The notes under the pieces are model-generated. The model had not been told where the DNA came from, did no database searches, and saw only the letters and a program-made list of their open reading frames with translations. DNA of 64,000 nt from Camelus ferus (taxonomy: Eukaryota). Made by a program: the position numbers and the translations under genes. Location of the stretch: positions 30,442,001-30,506,000 of the forward strand of contig NC_045701.1 in NCBI RefSeq assembly GCF_009834535.1. The letters are read 5' to 3'. Positions 1 to 10,040 of the stretch are shown piece by piece. Numbering within the stretch: the first letter of the stretch is position 1; every line of letters starts with the position of its first letter.

Positions 1-330
1 CCAGGGAGACACCAATACACCAATTGTCTTTTGAGCTCAGGTTACTTACCTCCTTTCATTCATCACAAGTAAATTAACCCACACCATGTTATTCCCACAG
101 TCCTTTGTATGGTACCAGGAAGCAGTGTGCACTGCCATTCTCGTAGACAGTCACCACATTCAGAAAGCCACGTGCAGAAAGTATTGACAGTTGGCACTGA
201 CCTATCAGCAGGGTAAGGGCACACATTGCAAGAATACCCCGGGGCTGAAGAAATTGCAAGTACTGGACGTCAAGAAGGCTCTGAGGAACCCTGTGGCCAA
301 CGTCCTCAACAGTTGTTTTTTACCACAATG
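1..330 (-). pseudogene. Tentative, heavily decayed RNase A-superfamily coding exon; runs off the window start
   Basis: The minus strand reads GTCAATACTTT-CTGCAC (172-188), i.e. V-N-T-F-L-H with a 1-nt deletion, just after a TGC (Cys). It continues F-L-N-V-V-T-V-[TAC, Cys expected]-E-N-G-S-A-H-C, with EDN-like spacing. An upstream D-V-Q-[TAC, His expected]-L-Q lies at ~255-270. There are several frameshifts and stops, and no recognisable signal peptide. Confidence 0.4.
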
Positions 331-1338
331 CAGAAGACCTCTTTTCTGGACTATATTTTACAATGTCCCTCGATTACAAATAATGGCATAACGACATTGG
401 CTGATAATTCAGTGGCTGCTGTAACACTTATGTGGTGATTAAACTAATGAAATAACAGAACAAGCTCACGTTTAGCAGTCTTTTGATAGTAAACACAAAA
501 TCATGCTAAGAATCCAGTATACTTTTATTATGAGTTTGTATTGATTTCTATTTCAAATAAACAGATCCTCAGCCCAGGATCTTTCCTGTCAGCTAGGTCA
601 TCTGGATTTCATTTGAAGGCAATGGAGGGCAGTTAAAAACCTGCAGGAGGGAACATATAGAAGAAACTATCAGAAAATGTGTTTGGGGACTGTTCTCTGA
701 ACACAATTTAATGGAGAACAGTCAAGGATTGGGTAGAGTATCAGCTAGACTTCTCTCAGGACACGTAACAAGTCTGATGGCTCATAAACACAAATGTCTA
801 CAGGAGCCAGGCAGGTATCCTCATGGAGTGAACAGACAGATGGGAGTCAAGAGGGAGGAGTGGAATCAAGGAAGACTTCATGGGTTTTTAAGGAGGGGTG
901 GCTGCAACTCAGCTGTAGCAGATGGTTACATGGAGGTAATGGTGGCCATGTTTGGGGGCTATTTTAGAGCAAGCCAGGAACCCAGATTTTCTACATGAAA
1001 ATCTCCATTTGGAGAGGTTACCACCAACTCCAAAAATTAAACACAAAAAAATAACAACCCACTGAATGGGCCAATTGGATCAGCTCCTAAGCCAGACAGA
1101 CCCACTATGACTGCAGTCTGTGGTTTTTACCTCATGTTATAAACACTTGAGTAGAGCCTTGCTGCCCATTGAAACTCTGAAGCATCACAGAAGGGCTGCA
1201 TTATACCTAATTCATTTTACACCCTCATCACCCAGAAAAGTGCCTCACAAACAACGTGTATGGGAAAAACTCACTTAAAAACTGAAGGAAGTAAAGAATT
1301 CAAAAAAAAAAAAAAAAAAAAGAGAGATGACAATACAG

Positions 1339-1422
1339 TGCTGTTAGCTCTGCCTTCAGTCTTGCCCAGGTCAACATTTGTGCTGTTAGCTCTGCCTCCA
1401 GTCTTGACCTGGCTAACATTTG
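1339..1422. repeat. 42-bp direct tandem duplication
   Basis: TGCTGTTAGCTCTGCCT(T/C)CAGTCTTG...AACATTTG occurs twice head to tail with a few mismatches. Confidence 0.85.
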
Positions 1423-1709
1423 TGTTCATATTTATTTAATGGCATCAGTAGTAACATGATCACATTTTCTGATAAGAATATAGAAAGATAGTGAAAAAAA
1501 TTATGAGGATTAATTTTGTTGAAAGATGATATTTTACCAGTTCAAGAATCTAATTTTAATTTTTCTCACCTAGAAGCTGGGCCAGTGATTTAGCCTCTGA
1601 CTCTTAGCACTCAGGCTTTCCCCACCTTTGCGCTTTGTTCCACACCAATTCCTTGGTCTAGAAAGCCCATCCTTTCCCTCTTAACTCGGCAAACCCCTGC
1701 TCATCTTTT

Positions 1710-2610
1710 CTTCCCCCCAAAATTAATACCGTTGAAAAAAAAAAAGAATAAAATAAAACTTTTTTTCAATAGTGCATACAAGGCCCAAGAGCTTGTTAGT
1801 ATATTTACTGAAGCCGAACATTTGGCATCAACAAACACACCACTTTAGATTATCTTAAACTCAGTTTCCAAACAGCATGCCATTTAGTTCATGCTGAAAT
1901 ACTGGACTTCTAAATGCCCCACGGGCAATGATGACCCATCTCCAAAATACATTTATCACAGACGGAACAGTGATGGCAGCGGTCTGGTTTGATAATTTGG
2001 CATGTGTCCTAAGAGCGCATTGCACCAGACATGGTCCCGGTGTAGATGGGAAGATCTTTGGTTGCTCGGCTAAGAACTTCCGGATGGGCTTCTCCTCTTG
2101 CCTCTCTCTCCAGCGATTCTTTCTCTGTATAGATTGTTTTGAAGGATTCATTGGTAACGTAAAGATAGTTTTCCAATACGACCACGCAAACGTTGCGAAA
2201 AGCAGATGATAAGCCATCAGGCAAACAACCTGTTCTACAATATTGCCCGTGGATGTTGTGCACAGCTGGATGGCGTAGGCGTCGTAGGACCAGCCCAGCC
2301 GGAGGCTGATGAGCACCAGGCGGATCCAGTGCAGCGCCCGCCCGCACGGCCGCCTGACGCTGCCCGGCCCGAGAGCGTCATCCTCCAGGCGCATCCACCT
2401 GCCCCTCTCCGCCACCACCGCTGCTGCCCACGGGCCTGGCTCCGGGGCCGGCTGGCCGCGCCCGGCGTCCCCGGCGGGACGGGTTCCCGGGGCCACTGCC
2501 GCCGCGGCGGCGCTAACTCCCATCCCGGAGCCCCGAGCCGGCGGCGCCGCGGACTTCCGGCTCCTCAGCCCAGCGGAGGCGGTGGCTGCGACAGGAGGGT
2601 GAGGAGGAGG
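1710..2610 (-). pseudogene. ZDHHC2: Processed pseudogene of palmitoyltransferase ZDHHC2, with internal deletions
   Basis: Intronless translation matches ZDHHC2: GWSYDAYAIQLC, EQVVCLMAYHLLFA, WKTIFTLPMNPSK, LLEREARGEAH-like, [27 protein letters not shown] and AFRSPVFQH. The parental ATG is at 2381 with a frameshift just after it. DHHC is mutated to GHHC. The GC-rich 5' UTR is retained. Flanked by an imperfect TSD, AAAC(C/A)CCTGCTCAT(C)TTTT, at 1691-1709 and 2848-2864. Confidence 0.93.
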
Positions 2611-2626
2611 CCCTCAAACAGATAAC

Positions 2627-2847
2627 TTTTTATTGAAAGATAGTTGATTTACAAGTTGTGTTAGTTTCAAGTGTACAGCAAAGTGACTCGGTTATTTATA
2701 TCTATATTTGTATTTATATTCTTTTCCATTATAAGTTTTTAAAGATACTGAATTTAATTCCCTGTGCCATACGATAGGCCCTCGTTGTTTATCTGTGTTA
2801 TATACAGTAGTGTGTTCATCCCAAACGCCTAATTTATCCCTCCCCTC
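2627..2847 (-). mobile_element. L1 3' UTR fragment abutting the 5' end of the ZDHHC2 retrocopy
   Basis: TTTTTATTGAAAGATAGTTGATTTACAAGTTGTGTTAGTTTCAAGTGTACAGCAAAGTGAC... is the reverse complement of a laurasiatherian L1 3' end. It is homologous to the copies at 9345-9867 and 32362-32624. Confidence 0.85.
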
Positions 2848-4855
2848 AAACACCTGCTCATTTTCACGGCCCTGCTCAGATGGAGGCTCCTCTTGGAATC
2901 CTTCCTGCACCCATCAGGGAAAATAACTTCCTCCACCCTCTGAGCTCCCATAAAACCATGAGCATACAAGGGTTACTACTTCCATCACACATTTAGGTTC
3001 CAGAAGTTACTTGGGGATCAAGACTACATTTCATGTGTCTTGTTATATCCTGTGATTAACACAGTTTCAGGAACAGAGTGCACAGTCCATAAATGGCTGG
3101 TTTACAAAGATAAAATTCTCATTTTACATAATGAAATGCAAGCACTGGGAATGTCAATAACAGTTGTGTGTAGAAAATAGCACAGATGTGAATAAACGCA
3201 AGATTCAAGAAACCGAGGTTGGCGTCCCTTATGCAACCCCAGGTATTCATTCTTTTATAATTCTTTGATAGAGTTTACAGAAAGCCCTCTGAGTTTTTTC
3301 AGGTTGTTAGTTGGCATGGAGTGGAAGCAATAATCAGGTCCAGATTAAAAATAGAGAAAGTAAATTCAATGCAAGTGGAGCAAAGGAAAAAACTCAAGAA
3401 GAACTTAGCAAACTGCTTTAACGTTCTGCAGAATTTTGAACAGTAAGAAATTCAAAGACTCAAGTTTCCAGCATCAGGAGGCGATGAGATGGAGAATCTT
3501 TATGTGAAGAGGAACAGGGGACATTAGTAAAAACCTAGAGGAACCTGGGTTCCTCCTTTGCAAGCAGCCCTCCCTGGCTCTGTCTGTTGCAAGTATTAGG
3601 TCTCTCTATGTAACATGGCCCTTTGGTGGGCTGGAATATGATTAAAAAGAAGGGGTTTGGGGAGAGACTGAACTGGCCTGAAGAGTCTTAGGAGATTTTG
3701 ATACCTGAGACCATAGTACCTTCAGAGCTTGGATAAAGGCATCTTACTGTGTTCAAAATGTAAATCTGGAACAAGAGTTGCATAAGAAAAAGAAGATAAC
3801 ACATTGCACTTCCCTCCTGATTTTAGCCCTTAACACAGAGCTTGGCACATCTAATGCAGTCATTAAAAATTCCATTAATTCAGAGATGAAAAATAATTTC
3901 CATATCATAAATAAATCTTTTCTCATTATACACCTTTCCCTCCTCTCTCTTTTTTCTCTCTCTCCATCCCTTTCTTCTCACATTTCTTCTTCACGGTCTA
4001 GGGAAACTTCAAAAACCACTGACAGAGGCTTCCAGAAAGTTCTCTCTTGAATCAGTTCCTATTACAGGGCAATATATTAGAAATGGTATTTCTAAAAGGC
4101 ATGGAGAAGTTAATAATGAACCCAAGTTTCCTTCTTGAGATTCCTCTCCTGAGTCTGGACTGGAAACTGCTAAATTAGCAGTTAAACAGTGGAGACCTGG
4201 ATCACTACATCTGAGATCACATCATCTATCCTCCTAGTGGCCCCAGTGGAAGGAAGAGAGCGTGCACTGAGACACAGACAGTTGTAGACCAGACACAGTC
4301 ACTTCAGGGAACATTGAGTCCCGACTGCAGCCAAGCACAGAGGGAAGTACTGGGAAGAGGGAGGTAAAGTCAAGACGGCTCCCACTGCTGCAGGGGACTG
4401 AGCATGACTGAGAATCCTGTATGGGTCGTGTTTGAGGGAGTCGTTCCCCTAGTTACATACAGTCGCAGTGAAACCTGCATCTCTTTTCTCCTCTCCTATC
4501 CTGGAGCACAGACGTTGTGTGAATCCCTACATAGGCCCTTGGATGGTCAGCCCTGATGAAAGCGTGTGTCATCGGGTGATCTCCTTGGATAAATCGTGCG
4601 CTGGCACTCATTTCACAAAACACAATGTGTGCCTATAGTTTGGGTAGCGGCATTTCAGGCCATAAACTCAGCTATGTGACTAGTATTCTGAGGGCACGAG
4701 GCTGTAGGAATGATTCAGTCCAGCTCTTCTTCAATTAGAATCTGGACTGTGGAATCTTGGTTGATCCTCCTTGTATCCCTTTCTTCATCTGCAAAATAAT
4801 GAAAACACACATTTACTCACATTACAGAGGAACGTGCTAACGAAGCATCTGAATG

Positions 4856-5329
4856 TGCTAACTAAAAACTGGCACTTGCTATCTGCCTCTGCTTGGATTA
4901 AATCATGAACTGCTGCAGTCACTGACCTCCAACAACCCCTGAAAGGAGTTCAGGGTGGAGATCACGAATGAGGCCTTCTGTGCTCCGGGAAAACTGGCTG
5001 AACAGGCCATCAGAGAGTTAGATATTTTCAGGAGAGGATTTTTTGACCCCAATTCTTGTGTCTCCTCATATCTAGAAAAGCATTAAAATCATTAATGGTG
5101 ACAACTGCTCCTCGTGACTAGCAGCAGCCTCTGCCTAAGTGTGTACTTGACTGCACGTACCCCCCACCCTTCACTGAAATCATATATAATACTGAGTTTA
5201 CCCCCTGCCTCTTTGGAGCAGTTTCTCAGAGCTTTCTGGGATGCTGTCTCCCGAGCTATAGTCCTCATTTTACCCCAAATAAAACTTAACCCACAACTCT
5301 CACGTTGTGTGATTTTATTTCAGTTGACA
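4856..5329 (+). mobile_element. Solo LTR, ERV1-like
   Basis: TG...CA termini (TGCTAACTAAAAAC ... TTTCAGTTGACA), internal TATA-like and AATAAA signals, and a near-perfect 4-bp TSD AATG/AGTG. Confidence 0.8.
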
Positions 5330-5767
5330 AGTGAAAAGTGTTTTTATAGAGATAATATCACTTAGCTCAGGTAACCACAAGTGCTGTTTGACAACCATAT
5401 AGTATGTGGTCACTAAAAAGGTCCAAAGTAAACATACTCATTTACTCAGTATGTTCTAAAAACATGCATTTCTCAGGCAGGGATAATGACAGGCGTCCTT
5501 AGGGATGCACAGAGTGAGAACTACCAGAATGGAAGCCCCCTTCCATCTCTCACACCCCAGAGTACGTATTTTACTATGGAAACAACGTTAGTATCTAGAA
5601 GATGAGCCTGGTAATACAGATAGGTTATCCTGGATGACTGTCTCTGGTTTAGAGATGAAGAAACAGAGGCAAGAAGAAGGAAAGAATTTATCCTAAACAT
5701 ACTGTGCACCCCAGCTCCCTCTAAGAGGTGGCCCGGAATAAATGGGAATGCTTGGCTTTTAAGGGGG

Positions 5768-5905
5768 ACACACCTGGTTCTGCCACTATGGTCCGTTAAT
5801 TATGTGGGCCTCTGTTTGCTCATCTTAAAAATGAGCATATTAGTATCTACCGTGTGGGTCGTCATGAGGGTTAAATGAGTCAGTGTAAATATAGTGCTTG
5901 AAGTT
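5768..5905 (+). mobile_element. MIR SINE fragment
   Basis: Core-like CTCTGTTTGCTCATCTTAAAAATGAG...GAGGGTTAAATGAG. Boundaries approximate. Confidence 0.6.
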
Positions 5906-6554
5906 GCTTGAAAATGAAAGCTTGCATTTTGCTCTAAAATTTTCCGTATGTGATTGGAAACTAAATTAGTTGCCCTTACTTGTATCTCAATTTATGTGAC
6001 ACATATAAACAGTATGAATTTTGCTCTCTCCGGTATTAAAAGATCAGAACTTTGAAACAATAATGCTGACTTCCCTATATGCAGAGACGTTACTGGGCTC
6101 TTAATGCAAGGAAACATCCCCTTGGTCAGGTTGTTATGTTCTGAAAAATAATGTCTCCCAGACTTCCTTGGGGCCAGTGATGTCAGGTGCACCTGGAAGA
6201 TTTGGTGTTGCCAACCCACATCTCCTCCCACCCCACACCGCGCAGGAGCTTCAGTGCTCAGGTGGTAGGAACATTGATAATGTATGCAAGTGAGCTTGTC
6301 AACAGCTGAATACACAGGGTTTGTTGTTGCTATTTTGTTCCAGGATATACATTCCAGCTCGTTTACAGCAGTAAAAGACTGGAACAAATTGTATGATTGT
6401 ATCTATGATTAAATAGCCATAGAACAGAATATCATGCAGCCATTAATTAGAGTGAAGTATGTCCTTTGCCAAAACATAGTCAGTAATGAAAAAAGAAGGC
6501 GCAGAGCGCTGTGTACTGGATACTATTATATGTGGGGTAAAATGGAGGAGATAG

Positions 6555-6556
<2 letters not shown>

Positions 6557-6597
<41 letters not shown>
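6557..6597. repeat. (CA)n microsatellite
   Basis: About 20 uninterrupted CA units. Confidence 0.98.
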
Positions 6598-6600
<3 letters not shown>

Positions 6601-7176
6601 CTTTATACATTTCAAAAGGCTTATATATGTGTATAGGCATATCTATTATGTATAGACTGGGGAAGGATAAAAGAAACTAAATACCTGTTGCTTTCAGAAA
6701 AGAAACTGGGACCTAAAAGACAAAGATTAGAAGAAGATATGCTTTTCACTGGCTACACATCCCTAATGTTTGAGTTTATATTTTTACCATATGCGTGCAC
6801 TACCATAGACACAGAGAGAGACAGAGACAGGGGTGGGTAGAGATAGATAAATACCCTCCCAGAGAACCCTTGCTCTTACAGCAGAAAAGAGAAGCGCTCT
6901 GTTTATACTCTCTCACTCTTCCCCTGGTCTTCCTCCATCTCTGCTCTACTGTTGGGGGCTCATGGCACACAATGGATGCTCAATAGATGTGTCTGTAAAC
7001 TATCCCAAGGCAGCAGGTAGAATGAGACCAAGCTTAGGGGTCAGTTTGCCATGGAAGAGTAAAAATCTTGCACTTTGGCAAAGGGTCTGTTTTAGATATT
7101 TAAATCCTGTGTATCTGTTTTTCTGTTGTTCTTCGGAGGGGCTCAAAAAGGCTTTTAAAAGATAAAGCAGGTCTCA

Positions 7177-7329
7177 AATATGCCACATTGATGAGGGATG
7201 TAGAGAGTAGGGGAATATATATGTGTGGGTGGGGAGGTCTATGTGAGAGCTCAGTATTTTCTGCTCAATTCTGCTGTAAACCTGAAACTGCTCTAAAAAA
7301 ATAAAGTCTATTAAAAAAAATAAATAAAT
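7177..7329 (+). mobile_element. 5'-truncated L1 3' end (L1MA/MB-like)
   Basis: Ends CTGTAAACCTGAAACTGCTCTAAAAAAATAAAGTCTATT plus an A-rich tail. Perfect 19-bp TSD AAAGATAAAGCAGGTCTCA at 7158-7176 and 7330-7348. Confidence 0.9.
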
Positions 7330-7960
7330 AAAGATAAAGCAGGTCTCAGCCTTGCTAAGCAGAGCCAAGAGGGAAGAGTCTGTTGTCCCCTTGGCTCGCG
7401 GGGAGCAAGCAGCACAGCGCCCTCTGCCGGCCCGGCGGCGGCCGCGCGGCGGCCAGGGAAGAGGGTGGAGGCACTAGGAGAAATGCTGCCAGCCAGGATC
7501 AGAGTTTTATGAGACCAGCTCGTGAACAAATTGGCTCCATGACTCACAGAGCATCATCTCAGGGCGGGATCAAGGCCTCCCGAAGTAGATGCTCCACCCC
7601 ACTCCCACCCCACGCACTGCTCACCCTGTGAAGATTCCCCAGATGAAAGGGGGCCAAAGAAAAGCTGGAAAAAAAGGCAAATCTCAGCCTAGGATGTCGC
7701 AGGGACCCTGCCCTCATCTGGCAGGAAGGGCAATCACGCGTGGAGGAGACAGCGTGGCCCTTCTCCCGTTGTGCACGCACGTCTCCTCACCCATCTCTAT
7801 CACACGAGGCGCTCTGGGAGAGATGGCGCACTGGGGTCAGTGAGGGTTGCAGATTTGGGGAAGAAGTCTAATGGGGGAGACCACCACAGAAGGTGGTCTA
7901 ATTAAGGTGCTGGGATCCCCAGACCGCCCACGGAGGACCTGGTGACCCGGGAACAGGAGT

Positions 7961-8375
7961 CCAGCCTTCCAGATGAAACTGCTGGTTCTGCACACAGGCC
8001 CCGCGGACATGTCAGGACCAGATCCTGGACCTGTAAGGACAATCAGAGAGCCGTGATCCCAGAGAGACCACACACTTGGTGATCTTGAGTTTTCAGAGAC
8101 TGAGGTAAGAGTTGTCCATTCCGGCACCTTATAGGCATGGCTCTCTTTGTCATTTATCCTTCACGACCTCTGGCGAAGGAAGTTATTGATGGACTTGTAG
8201 ACCCTGGAGACCATGTCCCTGCACTGCGTCATCACGTGATGGTACTGACTGGACCCACGCGGGATCCCAATAGCTGGGGTAGTCATGACCGCGCTGTAGG
8301 AGGTCTAGGCCTGGGAGAAAATGGTGTGATCTAGCAGCAGATGCTGGAGGAGGGTCCACGTCTTAACCGTGTTTT
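7961..8375 (-). pseudogene. Unprocessed RNase A-superfamily pseudogene (pancreatic-type fold, subfamily unresolved), coding exon
   Basis: An acceptor CTTTGTGTTTCACAG precedes a mutated start (ACG, 8368-8370) and a signal-like TWTLLQHLLL. SSQYHHVMTQCRDMVSRVYKSINNF aligns without gaps to RNase A [25 protein letters not shown]. Then come CRNGQ, LKITKC, GSRLSDCPY, HVRGAC and FHLEG. At least three frameshifts, three stops and several lost Cys. Confidence 0.85.
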
Positions 8376-9003
8376 CTGTGAAACACAAAGTGAGGCTCAG
8401 TCTCTTCCCCTGAGGCACAGTGTCTTCCCTCCTCCGAGTCAAGAAATGCAGTACTTCAAGCTCTCTCCGCTCTCCCTCGGACTTTTCCGACACTCCCTCT
8501 TCTGCACCAGCTCAGACACCCTCTTCCACTTGACCCATCTCTTTCCTTTTCTTCTCGAAGGCTTCCCCTACCTTTATTCCCATCCCTCTGCCCTGGCCCA
8601 GCATGCTGCTAATTATAGTGCTTGTGCCTAGATTTGTTAAAGGAACTGAGCTGGACGGGGCTGTCACACAAGAAAAGGGCACATCCCACCTCCTTCTAGA
8701 CCTGGTGCATAGATCCCATCTCATCCCAAAGGATCTGTGATCTTCACCTAGGTGCTCCTCAGTAACTGCCATAACTTACGATTTGTGAAAGACTTTAGGG
8801 ATTACAGAGCTTCTTTTTTTTTTTTTTAAATCTGATTCGCATCACAATCTGATGACTTACGGCAAGCATTTTTACAATCCCATTTTAAAAAGAGATAACA
8901 GACTTGCACAAAGTTTCTGTGGCCTGCCTAAAGTCAGACAGCTAATAAGTGAGAAACAGCCTAGAATAATGGTAAGCCCTTCAAATCCAATTTAAAAAAA
9001 TAA

Positions 9004-9145
9004 GGAGGGAGGGTATAGTGCAGTGGTAGAGTGCATCCCTAGCATGCACAAGGTCCTGGGTTCAACTTCTAGCACCTCTGTTAGAAAATTAAAGTAAACC
9101 TAATTACTCCCTCCAAAAACACCCCTCAAGTTCAATAAAAATAAA
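9004..9145 (+). mobile_element. tRNA-derived SINE, Vic-1 (camelid) type
   Basis: A-box/B-box head GGGTATAGTGCAGTGGTAGAG...GGTCCTGGGTTCAA, followed by AAGTAAACCTAATTAC and an A-rich tail. Homologous to 36712-36840 and 55981-56071. Confidence 0.85.
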
Positions 9146-9344
9146 GTTCCCCACTATTAGAAACCTGCCTCCTGCTGCAAACTAAGAAAGCATCACCATC
9201 CTCCTCTTCCTTCTGCACTCAGTTCTCCTTATTCATAACCACCTCACTCAGCCCCTAACCCACCACTCTTCCCCTTAGGACCACAGAGGGTCACCACAGC
9301 TATTGCTGCCCTTCCAGTGAGAATCCTTACCTTCACAGTCTTTA

Positions 9345-9867
9345 TTTTTTATATTATTTTTCATCGAAGTGCAGTTGATTTACAATGTTAGTTTCAGGTG
9401 TACAGCAAAGCGATTGAGTTATACATATAATACATACATATGTTTTTCAGATTCTTTTCCATTATAGTTTATAACAAGAAATTATATATAGCTCCCTGTG
9501 CTATATAGTAGGTCCATGTTGTTTATCTATTTTATATATAGTAATGTGTAGCTGTTAATCCCAAACTCCTAACTTATCCCTCCCCTATCGTTTCTCTTTT
9601 GGTAACTATAGTTTGTTTTCTATGTCTATGAGTCTATTTCTGGTTTGTAAATAAAATTTATGATTTTTTTAGAGTCCACATATAAGTGATATCACATGAC
9701 ATTTGTCTTTTTCTGACTTACTTTGCTTAATATGATAATCTCTAAGTCCATCCATGTTGCTACAAATGGCAGTATTTCATTCTTTTTTATGGCTGAGTAA
9801 TATTCCATTATATATGTTTACATATATATGTATATCCATTTATCTGTCAATGGACATTTAGGTTGTG
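9345..9867 (-). mobile_element. 5'-truncated L1 with 16-bp TSD
   Basis: L1 3' UTR sequence with a T-rich tail at 9345-9362. TSD ACCTTCA(C/G)AGTCTTTA at 9329-9344 and 9868-9883. Confidence 0.92.
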
Positions 9868-9979
9868 ACCTTCAGAGTCTTTACAGTCTCCAGCTCATCT
9901 GTGTGGCCCCCTTCACTAGGCCCTGGGCTGTGGATCTCACGGAGTTAGAGTTGAGGATTCTGTGGCTGGAGAGGTGTTG

Positions 9980-10040
9980 AGTGTCTCTCCTCTCACAGTG
10001 TATTGTTATACTGCCCAGCTGGAGGGAGGGATTGGATGCC
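9980..10040 (-). promoter_or_regulatory. Putative CCAAT/TATA promoter of the RNase pseudogene
   Basis: On the minus strand, CCAAT (10031-10035) and TATAAC (10005-10010) lie ~110 nt upstream of an AAG|GTAAGG donor (9329-9330) once the L1 is removed. This fits the non-coding exon 1 layout typical of RNase genes. Confidence 0.45.

Noticed and set aside
1861-2523. 220-aa ORF as a functional new retrogene
   Set aside because: Only part is in the ZDHHC2 frame. It shifts out before the catalytic domain, DHHC is mutated to GHHC and two transmembrane helices are deleted.
2206-2625. 139-aa and 97-aa plus-strand ORFs
   Set aside because: Antisense shadows of the GC-rich retrocopy; low-complexity Arg/Pro/Gly content.
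9004-9080. tRNA-like sequence (also at 36712 and 55981)
   Set aside because: The A/B boxes continue into a shared SINE body and A-rich tail, with no intact cloverleaf. These are SINEs, not tRNA genes.
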